A DNA stretch of 32,592 bases from Octopus sinensis (taxonomy: Eukaryota). Positions 1 to 11,570 of this stretch are shown piece by piece. The notes below the pieces were generated by a model that was not told the DNA's origin, made no database searches, and saw only the letters and a program-made list of their open reading frames with translations. Position numbers and translations under genes: made by a program. Within the stretch, counting starts at the first letter, position 1, and each line of letters begins with the position of its first letter. The stretch lies in the NCBI RefSeq assembly GCF_006345805.1, contig NW_021832782.1, forward strand, positions 1 to 32,592, written 5' to 3'.

Positions 1-1251
1 TTAAGCTTCGAAGGAAGGATAATTTAAGTATTGGATCTATTGCAAAGATTGTTAACAAGTCAAAAAGCGTTGTACACGGTATTCTTAAGGTCTACGATGA
101 TTGTGGTTCGTTGTGAAGCAGAAGGTTTACAGGTGTAGCCAAGAAAAACGACCAAGAGAGAAGATCGTGCTATGGTAAAGTTGGTTAAAAAGGACATATT
201 TAAAACTGCTGCTGCTGTTTCTCGGAAAATGAGCATTGTATTGAAGAAAACTTTATCTCGAAAAACTGTGTCTCATCGTTTAGTTGAACATGATCTACAA
301 GCAAGAGCACCTGCAGTGAAGCCACTGATCAGCTCCAAGAATAAAAAGTGTCGTCTTAACTTTGCAACCGAACATGTGTTGTGGTCTCAAGAAAAATGGC
401 AAACGGTGCATTTCAGTGATGAATCTAAGTTTATGTTATTTGGCTCAGATGGGAAAAGGTACGTTCGTCGAAGAGTAGGTGAAAAATTGTCGCCTAAATG
501 CCTTAAGACTAGTGTTAAATTCGGGGGAGGAAGTGTCATGGTTTGGGGGATGATATCTGGGGATAGTATGGGCCCTTTGGTGCGATTACATGGAAAGGTA
601 AATGCAAGAGTTTATAAACAACTTGTAAAAGATCATGTCTGCCTGGCTGAGGAATTCAACTAAGCGACCACCCATATTCATGCAGGACAATGCTCCAGTC
701 ACAAGGCTAAGGTGGTTCATGAACTTCCTCAAGGCTGAAAAGGTTTATTGTTATGGATTGGCCTGCTCAAGCACAGATCTCAATCCTATTGAAAATGTAT
801 GGAATATTCTAGGAGAACGTTCGAAAGCCAGAAATCCTAAAACAACTGAGCAATTACGCAATGCCCTTCAGGAAGAATGGAATTAGATCACCCAACAAGA
901 AATTGCAAATTTAATTTCCCCATGCAGTCGAAGATGTCAGAGTGTGATTGAAGCTAAAGGGCTTCACACTAAATATTAAATAATTCCAGTATTCTTTGTC
1001 ATTTTTGATTATTTTGTTATTTTTTCAACCGTTCTGATCATTTTGGCCGCCATAAGTTTTGCAGTAAATCACTAAATCATCCATAACTTTTGTATTATCC
1101 TCTCAAATTACACCCACATCTCAGACAATAACAATTGATGTTGTATTTATTCTCTCTGAAAATTATAGAATATAAAACAACTTTGATAAATAGTTATACT
1201 TACTTTTCTGACGAAAACAATACTGTTCTGAACATTTTGGCCGCAACTGTA
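1..1251 (+). mobile_element. Tc1-family (DD34E) DNA transposon, degenerate, 5' end outside the window; right terminal repeat ends ...GGCCGCAACTG|TA
   Basis: Transposase motifs lie across several frames: HTH region (LSIGSIAKIVNKSKSVVHGIL), FSDESKF, VKFGGGSVMVWGMIS, FMQDNAP, DLNPIENVW and the C-terminal KGLHTKY* (stop 977-979). Correcting local frameshifts gives 34 residues between the second D and the E. The end CTG (1247-1249) is followed by TA. Confidence 0.93.
3..979 (+). pseudogene. Tc1 transposase pseudogene (frameshifts and premature stops)
   Basis: ORFs 172-663 and 635-886 plus flanking frames reconstruct a Tc1 transposase. Stops or frameshifts occur near 115, 661, 690-770 and 884-886. 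Confidence 0.9.
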
Positions 1252-1293
1252 TGTCTCTGTCTATGTATACATATATATCCATACATATACATA

Positions 1294-1336
<43 letters not shown>

Positions 1337-1353
1337 ATATATATAACATATAT

Positions 1354-1384
<31 letters not shown>

Positions 1385-1452
1385 ATACTATGTATATATA
1401 TATATATATACATACACATATATATATATATACTATATAATATGTATATATA
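1250..1452. repeat. (TA)n compound microsatellite
   Basis: Direct reading of the sequence. Confidence 0.95.
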
Positions 1453-1610
1453 TACGACGGGCCTCTTTCAGTTTCCGTCTACCAAATCGACTGACAATTC
1501 TTTGTTCAGCCCAAGCCTATAGTAGAAGACAATTGCCCATGGTGCCATGCAGTGGGACTTAACCCAGAATCATGTGTTTGGGAAGCAAGCTCTTTGCCAC
1601 GCTTGCGCCT
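1453..1610 (-). mobile_element. tRNA-derived SINE, family A head (diverged copy)
   Basis: Reverse complement aligns by eye to the 8165-8330 copy (AGGCGC...GGGCAA.TGTCTTCT.CTATAG...GATTTGGTAGACGGAAACTGAAAGA.GCC.GTCGTA). Confidence 0.85.
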
Positions 1611-1670
1611 ATATATATATATATAAATATATGTATATATATATGCGCACAGAGGGAGGGATAGAAGATA

Positions 1671-1749
1671 GATACATACATACATACATACATACATACA
1701 TACATACATACATACATACATACATACATACATACATACATACATACAT
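1671..1749. repeat. (CATA)n microsatellite
   Basis: Direct reading. Confidence 0.97.
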
Positions 1750-2271
1750 AATGCAAAGATAGATAATGCAACGAAAAAGTTATAAGGAATCTAAAAGTCA
1801 ACGTGTAAATATCTTTACATAAATAATAGGAACCCAAGTAAAAGATCACTATACAGCCATTATCTTCCGACCAGTGTCCTATTTTCTGGCACTAAATAGA
1901 TATATGCATCAGACATTTTGTTTAGCAAACAGTGTGACTGAAATAATATACTTGATCTTCATCATTGTGTAGAGAGTTTCCGAATCCCTTTGCACAGAAT
2001 TATTTTGATGGTCGTAAGAATGTTTAAATCACCGTTAAGTTTTCTTTTTCCCTTAACAAAATGCAGATCATTACCACCTCTACAAAATGGCGACGTTTTA
2101 TGCGTCTGGTCTCAGGACTTAGGATTGAAGACACGCTAATCATTATTGTGTTCGTGGATGCAACAACAACAACATTTTCTTCGTGCTTTCCTAAACAGCT
2201 TTGCTTCTGTTATTATAATTTCATCATTTCGAATGATTTTCAGGAAAAATTATCGCAAATGCTTCTTGATG

Positions 2272-2274
<3 letters not shown>

Positions 2275-2334
<60 letters not shown>
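2275..2334. repeat. (TA)n microsatellite
   Basis: Direct reading. Confidence 0.97.
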
Positions 2335-2337
<3 letters not shown>

Positions 2338-2599
2338 CTTGTATAAGAAAAACAACAATGGGACTGAATTGTTGTCGATATTTTCAAAGAATTCATTGCT
2401 TCCTAATGAAGTGTGTTGGATTGTTTCTTGTGGTTGGATTGTTTCGCTTTTCTGGGCAATTAATGAGATAGATGAGATAGTTATGAACAGTGGCTGGGTG
2501 GAAGACTTGAAGGAGTGGAAAGGAAAACATCCACCAGAATAACCGCACTTCTTTTCCTTTCTAAGAATAGGGATATGCAGCAGATATATGCATGAATAT

Positions 2600-3140
2600 A
2601 TGTGTGTGCGTATGTGTGTGCTTGCGCATATATATATATAGATATATATATATAATATATATATTAATATATATATATCTATATATATATATATATATTA
2701 TAGATATATAGATTAGATAGATAGATAGATAGATAGATAGCTAGATAGATAGATAGATAGATAGATAGATATGTATAAGTAGTTATATATATATATATAT
2801 ATATATGTATATAAATATCACATATACATATATATATATATATACGCATGCATATATATGCAATTATGTACATATAAAATGCATTATACATACAAATATA
2901 CATGTGTATATGTTATATAAAGAAACATGTACACGTATATACATATTAATAGATAGATACAGGTAAATAGTTAGATATATAGATACCCTGTGAACATAAA
3001 TGTGTGTGTGTCTAACTGTGTGTATGTGTGTATGTGTGCATATGTGTGTATGTATATATGTGTGTCTTAACTGTGTATATGTGTGTGCGCGCGCGTGTTT
3101 TTGCATGCGTGTGTGTGCATGTATGTGTGTGTGTGTATAC
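2600..3140. repeat. Compound (TA)/(GATA)/(TG) microsatellite field
   Basis: Direct reading. Confidence 0.93.
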
Positions 3141-3463
3141 ATGTCCCTCCTCTTTGTTTTTAGCTTCAGTAGCAGCAAGGGAGGTGTTGCGAAGACAGAT
3201 GAGTGATGTGGATTGACGTGGCATGGGTGCGTCTGCATCGGCACAGATCTCCGGAGAATTGTTTAATAGGCCCTCCTTATAGTACTTAACGAGACATTCA
3301 ATTGAATTAGCTTTCGTTTCATAGACAATCATCTTTGTTGTCTTTGTAGAACTAACAATCTCATTGCTCTCATACATCTATTTTCTTTTTCTTGCTGTTA
3401 TCATTTAATTCTGTTGCTCTTTCAATCGGCAGCACCACCACCACCACGGATACTTCTACAGAG

Positions 3464-3700
3464 AAGAGGAAGAAGAAAGAAGAAGAGAAGAAGAAGAAGA
3501 AGAAGAAGAAGAAGAAGAAGAAGAAGAAAGAAGAAGGAGAAGAAGAAAAGGAGGAGGAGAAAAGGAGGAGAAAGAAGAAAAAGAGAAGAAGAAGAAGAAG
3601 AAAGAAGAAGAAGAAGAAGAAGACGATGAAGAAGAAGAAGAAGAAGAAGAAGAAGAAGAAGAGAAAAGAACAACAACAACAACAACAACAAGGAGAAGAA
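3464..3700. repeat. (GAA)n/(GGA)n/(CAA)n polypurine trinucleotide tract
   Basis: Direct reading. It explains the poly-K/R/E/L ORFs. Confidence 0.95.
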
Positions 3701-3807
3701 GAACTGTGGCATCCTGTGTGTCATACTTGCCGAACGTGTGTATTTTCAGCTAGTGCGATGGTTAAGTAAATAAAGTTAGTGGAAGAGAATAAAACCGCTC
3801 TCATCAA

Positions 3808-3811
3808 TGTA

Positions 3812-3842
<31 letters not shown>

Positions 3843-3857
3843 TATTATTATTATTAC

Positions 3858-3901
<44 letters not shown>

Positions 3902-3929
3902 TTATTATTATTATTTTTTATATTTTTTA

Positions 3930-4012
<83 letters not shown>

Positions 4013-4030
4013 TATTATTATTATATTATT
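3808..4030. repeat. (TTA)n microsatellite
   Basis: Direct reading. Confidence 0.97.
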
Positions 4031-5786
4031 AGTGTTTTTCTTTGATTAATTATTTGTGTTGAAGACACGGGAAGGCGGTAAATATAATTTGTGAGATAAA
4101 ATGAAGAAAATTTGAGGAGTTTCAAAGCAACCTGGTTGCGGTGACTGACGTGGAGGGACTGAAGCTTTTATGTTTGTTCTTTTTTTGTTTTTCTTTAATG
4201 TTTCATCTTCATATTTAATTTTCTGCAGAACAAGTTATCAGCTGAAGAACAGCCAGCGACATCTACAGCATCAGAAGAATCAATAACAACAACGACAACA
4301 ACAAGAACAACAAGGAATACTTGTATTTAATTTCGTCTGTCTTATTTGTGACACAACCGTATCAATGATTTCTAAGTATGCCAGAAATAGCAGCCAAATC
4401 TAATTAAAGAAATACCTCATTGTGATAATCTAGTCCTGCTTAAACCGTCTGGATGTAAAATAAGAAACCAGAGCTGGAGATAATTTGCTCATAGATCTGC
4501 TCATTCAGGCCCGGGCTGGGTTTAATAAAAACCACATCGATATCATATATATATAAAGGTGATGCCCCAGCACGGCCACAGATGGAGCTGCAACGCAGAG
4601 CAATAAAGGAATATTAAGAACAGAAATTAAGTCGTCTGTATTTCTCTTTGTTAAATAATAGAAAATGTTTGCGTCCGTGAAATACATCTCGAAAATTCGA
4701 AAGGATAAAATCTCAGTTGTAAATATGTACCAAAGAATCTTCAAATTTATGCTAAAAATGGTTTGATGAAGAATACTTCCGGGAATTGGTATTTCAATGG
4801 ATATACATTTCCAAGGCTGTACGGAAACATCTGTTGAGATTTGTGCATAGAAAATACACCAAATGCACCAAAGAGAAGAAATATATTCCCAAAGGTAAGT
4901 AAATATGGAGACGAAAATTAGAGGATTTAACAAAAAGCTAAGACATCAATTTCGATTCATAAAGTACCCAGACTAATTGATAGATAATCTTGTGGAAATT
5001 TGGGGTCCTGGGGACATTGAGGTCCTGGGGACATTATTGGATGCAGAAAAGCTGAAGAATTAAAAATAACTTCAGTAAAGATAGGCCAACTTTAAAATCT
5101 GAAAAGAAAACAACAAAAGCCATTGCAGAATCTGTTCGAGTCAGCACGAAAGAACTTTAGGTTTTCTTTCTTAGCGAAAGCATTTTTATGAGTTTGTCTG
5201 AAATGCCTATTTTTGTCATCGGATTTTGAATTTGCCATTGTTTCATACGTTCTGCGAAATAAATAATCTTTCTCCTCGCAGTTTCCAAGTTACTCTAGTG
5301 GTTGAAACAATTAACAATGCGCATCTCATAACACCCACAGGAGAAGCAAATGATTAATAAATGGCAACAATAAATAAAAGACAAAGCATTCTTTAAACAA
5401 AAAGACCAACACGAACAAACCAAAACAAACAAATATTTACTCTAAATAAATAAAAACACGGCTCTGTTGATTCAGATATTACACCATACAGTATTTTAAT
5501 CACAAGGATAGTCAGAAAAGAAACAGATGACATTAGAAGATTGGCGGCATTCACTTCTCATACGACATCAGAAGAATGATGGATGCATATACACACGAGA
5601 TCCAGAAATATTTAGCGAATATTTTGCGAAATCAACTCAACGGGAAAATGAAGACACCACTTCTGCAAAACATTTCATTCGAAATCATTACTCAAATGAT
5701 TTCCGTGATCATCAACTAGAGACGGGATGTCGTTTACTGACGGAGTAAATGGGGTCTTCGTGGTGTTGTTCTTACAGACGGTGCCC

Positions 5787-5890
5787 ACTGACCCTACTAT
5801 ACTGTGTAGTCGACAGAATCAAAAACAAACTATGCGCACGCGCAAAATTAACAGTATAAGATGACGACACTTTACACATCGCAGACTGTA
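5787..5890 (-). mobile_element. Terminal fragment of a maT-like Tc1/mariner element related to 13458-14322
   Basis: CTACTATACTGTGTAGTCGACAGAATCAAAAACAAACTATGCGC matches 14238-14278 (CTACTATACTGTGTAATCGACAAAATCAAAACCAAACGATGCGC). It ends in ...CTG|TA like the full element. Confidence 0.75.
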
Positions 5891-5895
5891 CACAC

Positions 5896-5940
<45 letters not shown>

Positions 5941-6394
5941 ACACACATGAAAGTGTGTGCACTAAGTATAACATACACGGCTGTAATTTTATAATGTAAT
6001 AAAAGATGAGTTCAAAAGTTCAAAAGAAACATTTTGTATGAATTAGCTGCTAAGAATTTCAAATGAACGGCACTTTGGGACCGAAGACCGTAACATATTC
6101 TATGAACGTAATACACATACACATACACACGCGTGCGAGCACGCACACACATGTACACACATACATATACGCACAACATACACACACAAGCACACACATA
6201 CTCACTTACCTATGTATAAATATATGTATCGTTATATACAATTTCTATATACTTCTTACCATATATATACTCACAAATATGCAGACATATGTATCGTCAT
6301 CAATGCTCTCCAAATAAACAGGTCTACAGAGTAGAATGTATTTCTATGAATACATACAGACGCAACACATGTGCACACACATATATGTAGTTAG

Positions 6395-6405
6395 ATAGAT
6401 AGAAG

Positions 6406-6476
<71 letters not shown>

Positions 6477-6477
6477 G

Positions 6478-6511
<34 letters not shown>

Positions 6512-6525
6512 TAGATAGATAGATT

Positions 6526-6556
<31 letters not shown>

Positions 6557-7265
6557 GGATGGATAGATAGATAGATAGATAGATAGATAGACAGACATAC
6601 AGACAGACACGTACGTACATGCATGCATGCATGCATGCGTACATACATACAAACATACATACATACACACATACATACCTACATACATACATACACACAT
6701 ACATACATACATACAACATACATACATACATACATACAAACATACATACTTGCATACATACATACACGCACATACATACATACGTACGTACATACATACA
6801 TACAAACATACATACATACAAACATACATACATACAAACATACATACATACATACATACATACATACATACAAACATACAAACATACATACATGCATACA
6901 AACATACATACATACACACATACATGCATGCATACATACACACATACATACATGAATACAATACATACATACATACATACATACATACATACATACATAC
7001 ATACATACACACATACATGCATGCATACATACACACATACATACATGAATACAATACATACATACATACATACATACATACATGCATACATGCATACATA
7101 CATACATACATGCAAACATACATACATACATACATACATACATACATACATACATACATACATACATACATGCATACATGCATACATACATACATACATG
7201 CATACATACATGCATACATACATACATACATACATACATACATACATACAGACAGACATACAGAC
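6395..7265. repeat. ~870-bp compound tetranucleotide satellite (GATA/GACA then CATA/CATG/CAAA)
   Basis: Direct reading. It is the source of the 186-311 aa MYVC/HTYI ORFs. Confidence 0.97.
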
Positions 7266-7344
7266 ATAAATAGGTTTAATGCTCTTTAGACTTTGAAAAA
7301 AAATGTTTTTTACAAATGTTCCCTACCTTGCAAAAACTATTTTT

Positions 7345-7668
7345 CTTAGAGGAGCACTCCGTCGGTTACGACGATGACAGTCCCAGCTGATACGATCAAC
7401 GGATCAGTTTGCTCGTGAAATTAACGTGCAAGTGGCTGAGTATTCCACAGTCATGTGTACCCTTAACGTGTTCTCAAGCTAATTCAGCATGACACAGAGT
7501 GTGACAAGGATGGCCCTTTGAATTATAGGTACTACTCATTTTTGCCAGCTGAGTGGACTGGAGCAACGTGAAATAAAGTGCCTTGCTCAAGGACACAACG
7601 AGTCGCCAGGAATCGAACTCACGCCCCTACGATCGTAAGCCGAATGTCATAACCACTAAGCCACGCGC
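7345..7668 (-). mobile_element. tRNA-derived SINE, family D (near full length)
   Basis: Minus strand reads GCGCGTGGCTTAGTGGTTA (A box) ... GTGAGTTCGATTCC (B box) ... GTTGTGTCCTTGAGCAAGGCACTT ... GCTCCAGTCCACTCAGCTGG, a typical tRNA head plus central SINE domain. Confidence 0.8.
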
Positions 7669-8164
7669 TTTCCCTGCAAAAATTTTATCAACCAAGCAAA
7701 TGGCCTCTAAATTCATTAGAAACACTTTAACGTAATATGAACGCTATGTCAGAAAATTCACTCCGTTGTCTTTAAGCTTATAAAGGAGAAATTTAGCTGG
7801 AGCAAAATGAAATAAGAGAAGATAAGGTAGATTTACCTCTTCAATTCCAGAATTACCTTTTGGAAAGGACTCATACATATCCATATCTATCTTTAGACAT
7901 CAGAAAGGTCAGAAACTCAACAAAAATTTTTAATATCTAGATGAAAAATAAGGCCCACGGAAAATCGCACATGATATGAAAACAACGAAACTTTACTAAA
8001 TAAAGAACTCAGCATGAAATAACTTCTTTCGGATCTACTGGAGTGGCTCACTTCATAATATGTTTACGCACCAAGCAGTTAAGGAGAAGATATTATTGAA
8101 ATTGGTCGATACTGTTTTGTACCAGTTTTTATACAAACTTTGGAATATTGAAAATTATCGAATT

Positions 8165-8466
8165 AGGCGCAGGAGTGGCTGTGTGGTAAGTAGCTTGCTA
8201 ACCAACCACATGGTTCCGGGTTCAGTCCCACTGCGTGGCATCTTGGGCAAGTGTCTTCTGCTATAGCCCCGGGCCGACCAATGCCTTGTGAGTGGATTTG
8301 GTAGACGGAAACTGAAAGAAGCCTGTCGTATATATGTATATATATATATGTATGTGTGTGTTTGTGTGTCTGTGTTTGTCCCCCTAGCATTGCTTGACAA
8401 CCGATGCTGGTGTGTTTACGTCCCCGTCACCTAGCGGTTCGGCAAAAGAGACCGATAGAACAAGTA
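8165..8466 (+). mobile_element. tRNA-derived SINE, family A (3'-truncated)
   Basis: A-box-like TGGCTGTGTGGTAAG, B-box-like GGGTTCAGTCCC, an internal (TA)/(TG) microsatellite, then the CCGATGCTGGTGTGTTTACGTCCCCGT body. Confidence 0.9.
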
Positions 8467-8726
8467 AAATAGTAAATAGTGAATAGTAAATAGATATTAG
8501 TGTGGTAAAGAGCTGATTCGTAATCCAGCAGAGAAGATAATCTTGAGTGTTAAACACTAAACATTATCCAGATATTTTATCGGAAACCCCAATTATAGTC
8601 GGGAATAAGTCCAAAAGTCCAAAATAAAGTGAGTCACCTGGCTATGCTTTGGTCGCTCTCAACTTCAACAACAGCAATTATGCTGACCAAATTTTACTTC
8701 CAGAGATAATGTAACTCTCTTTACAC

Positions 8727-9109
8727 TTTACTCTTTTACTTGTTTCAGTCATTTGACTGCGGCCATGCTGGAGCACCGCCTTTAGTCGAGCAAATCGACC
8801 CCGGAACTTATTCTTTGTAAGCCCAGTACTTATTCTATCGGTCTCTCTTTTGCCGAACCGCTAAGTGACGGGGACGTAAACACACCAGCATCGGTTGTCA
8901 AGCAATGCTAGGGGGACAAACACAGACACACAAAAACACACACATACATATATATATATACATATATACGACAGGCTTCTTTCAGTTTCCGTCTACCAAA
9001 TCCACTCACAAGGCATTGGTCGGCCCGGGGCTATAGTAGAAGACACTTACCCAAGATGCCACGCAGTGGGACTGAACCCGGAACCATGTGGTTGGTTAGC
9101 AATCTACTT
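8727..9109 (-). mobile_element. tRNA-derived SINE, family A (near full length, short AGTAAA/AAGAGT-type tail)
   Basis: 8827-9109 is the near-identical reverse complement of 8186-8466. The additional 3' part includes GGTGCTCCAGCATGGCCGCAGTCAAATGACTGAAACAAGTAAAAGAGTAAAG. Confidence 0.9.
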
Positions 9110-9347
9110 TATTTCATATGATTTGCCACTAGGGCAGTACAAAGAGTAGCTGCGGGCTGGACAAAAACATTAATGAATGATGGTGATGGACGAAGATGGT
9201 GATGGGAGAAGACGAAAGCGCCCGCCGACTTTCGCTTCTCTAAGACATTGTTCTTTTTTTTCTAAGGTTTTACAAAAATTTCAAATTTTACAAATTTTAC
9301 CAGAGGCAATAAACCTCTTTTTCAATATAATACAATGTTCAGTAAGT

Positions 9348-9950
9348 CTATGTTACCCGGCCGACCAGCGCTCTTGCCTCAACGAGGCAATCATCGCTGG
9401 TCAGTTCGTGGTCTAGAAGTATAATTTGAAATGAGTTCATCGGGAAGGAACTCGTTATCCTGTCCAGATTACCCCTCCCTATGACCTCCGCAGCCAGCTG
9501 CGAAGGCCACTCGGGGTCTTCCGTGCAGGACCGAAGTCCCTCCCAATAGCCCCGCTTTCTCATTTTACTCATCTCACCTTCCACTGTTCCACCTTTAAAA
9601 AAGAGGACCACAAATTGTTCCAGAAATTGTTCCTCAGGCGGCACACCCGCCTGAGAAGACTTGGGAGACGCCGTCTGCGTATCACAATCCGCCGGCGGCG
9701 TCCTGTTTCTCCTCTTCCTTTTCTTCTTTTTACCTTGGGCCGCGGGAGGTTGAGGTTTTGGTGTTGCACACACCGGGTTCGCTTCTTCTCCCGCAGCTTC
9801 CGGGTCTTTTGGTGGGTCGCCATTGCTCCCCACTTTTCTCTTTCTCGTTGAGGAAGTCGTCGCTTCCCCGCTCTGTTTCTCTCCCTCCATTGGGGGGGCA
9901 GGGAGAGGCTCCGATATCAACTGCTCCAGGATCCTAAGTATTATGTCTAA
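9348..9950 (-). pseudogene. GC-rich ORF1/gag-like retrotransposon relic (tentative)
   Basis: 190-aa non-repeat ORF, open about 11 codons further upstream. It has a basic NLS-like KKKKRKRR, a Pro/Ala-rich N-terminus and a globular-looking C-terminus. GC is markedly higher than the flanks and there is no splice context. Confidence 0.4.
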
Positions 9951-10249
9951 CGTTTAGTTAACGCCACCTCTGACGCTCTTGATGTAATGAAGTCAACCTA
10001 ATACAATGAAACCGACTCGCTTTCATTGATGTTAAATGTTGACTGTACAAATAGATGTACGACTGTTATTGTGGTGTTTAGAGGTCCACGTAGATTACTG
10101 TCATCCTGTCTGCTTCCATTAGAATGGTTTCACAGCTTCTAAGTAGTGTCAATACTTATGATCATACGCGGTTATTGTATACACGTGTATGTGCATGTGT
10201 AGAAAACAATGTGAGCAAGTGTGTGTCGTGTGTGCGTACGCACACATAT

Positions 10250-10292
10250 CTGCGTATACATATATATATATATATGCGTGTGTGTGTGTGCG

Positions 10293-10330
<38 letters not shown>

Positions 10331-10699
10331 ATGTATATATATATATTATATATATATATATATATATACATATATAAATACATATACACATACATATACA
10401 CATACATACATACATACATACATACATACATACATACATACATACATACATACATACATACAATATTCTTCAGTTGATAAGCAACTGTTGCTTGTTGCAA
10501 GAAACTTGAGCAGGAATTGGTAAACTTTACCTTTAATTCGATAAATATCTGCATACCATCTCCTGTCCTTTTCCATTTACACACACACACACGCACACAC
10601 ACACAGAAATCACACTCACACACACACGCACGCATACATACTCGTACAGACACACATAAACACACGTACACACACACATACACATACATTCAAGTTTAT

Positions 10700-10749
<50 letters not shown>

Positions 10750-10830
10750 TATACATATATATACATATATATACATATATATACATATATATACATATAT
10801 ATACATATATATACATATATATACATATAT
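10250..10830. repeat. Compound (TA)/(CATA)/(CA) field including a (TATATATACA)n decamer array at ~10740-10830
   Basis: Direct reading. Confidence 0.93.
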
Positions 10831-11508
10831 AAACTTCATTTTTCAGTCTCAAAGTGATACTTATTTGAAATTCTTAACAGCTAATTCATTGATAATGTCT
10901 ATTATGTCTGTCTTCAAATTTCCAAAGATTCCTCGTTTCTTGCATTACAAAATTCTTGTATTTCTCACTTTAAATCTATTGATAATGTTACAGGCGATGT
11001 AACGAAACGCTAATATTTACCAATAGTATTATTTCGAATCGTAATATATTCACAAAGTGTCTGCAATGTTGCGTTTTACGTTCAGATGCGTTAAATGTAA
11101 AATGAAATGAATAAATTTATGAACAAATAAGAAACAGTAAAAAGCTGTTACGTAAGAAGGTGTTATTTGGAAAATATCCGTATCTTGCTGCTCGTATTCT
11201 TGCCATTTTGGTATTTAATGGGGGTAACGCTAATCTATCCATCCACTCTAGCTAGGAAAGACGCAGGATATTTTTTCAATACGTTTCTATCGCCAAGTAT
11301 TCGATTAATATCGACAAATAGGCAACCAAATATTAGACAAACTTTCATCAAGTATGGAACCAAGTATTCGACATATATTTAATGTGTGGAGCACCATTTT
11401 AGATTTACATTTAATACAGGATCATGACCAATGGAAAATGATTATGTATGTCATAAATGTAGGAAATATGTACACAGATACCGTGCGTATAATTGTGCTT
11501 ATGTATAC

Positions 11509-11563
<55 letters not shown>

Positions 11564-11570
11564 AACCTAG

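Noticed and set aside
2061-2542. ORFs 2061-2471 and 2339-2542
   Set aside because: They run through or start at a (TA)n tract, and show no homology signal or splice support.
3392-4049. Poly-K/R/E, poly-L and poly-Y ORFs
   Set aside because: They are translations of (GAA)n and (TTA)n tracts with no coding context.
4545-4610. GGTGATGCCCCAGCACGGCCACAG, similar to the SINE A tail
   Set aside because: Too short and diverged to delimit as an element.
4505-4933. 142-aa minus ORF, and a plus-strand AAG|GTAAGT donor at ~4893
   Set aside because: No recognisable motif. All plus frames upstream of the donor are interrupted by stops after the candidate acceptors.
5003-5032. Tandem GGTCCTGGGACATT duplication
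   Set aside because: Only two 14-bp units, so a local slippage event and not a CRISPR-like array.
6324-7289. ORFs of 186-311 aa (MYVC, HTYI, YLSI repeats)
   Set aside because: They are translations of tetranucleotide microsatellites, which lack stops in most frames.
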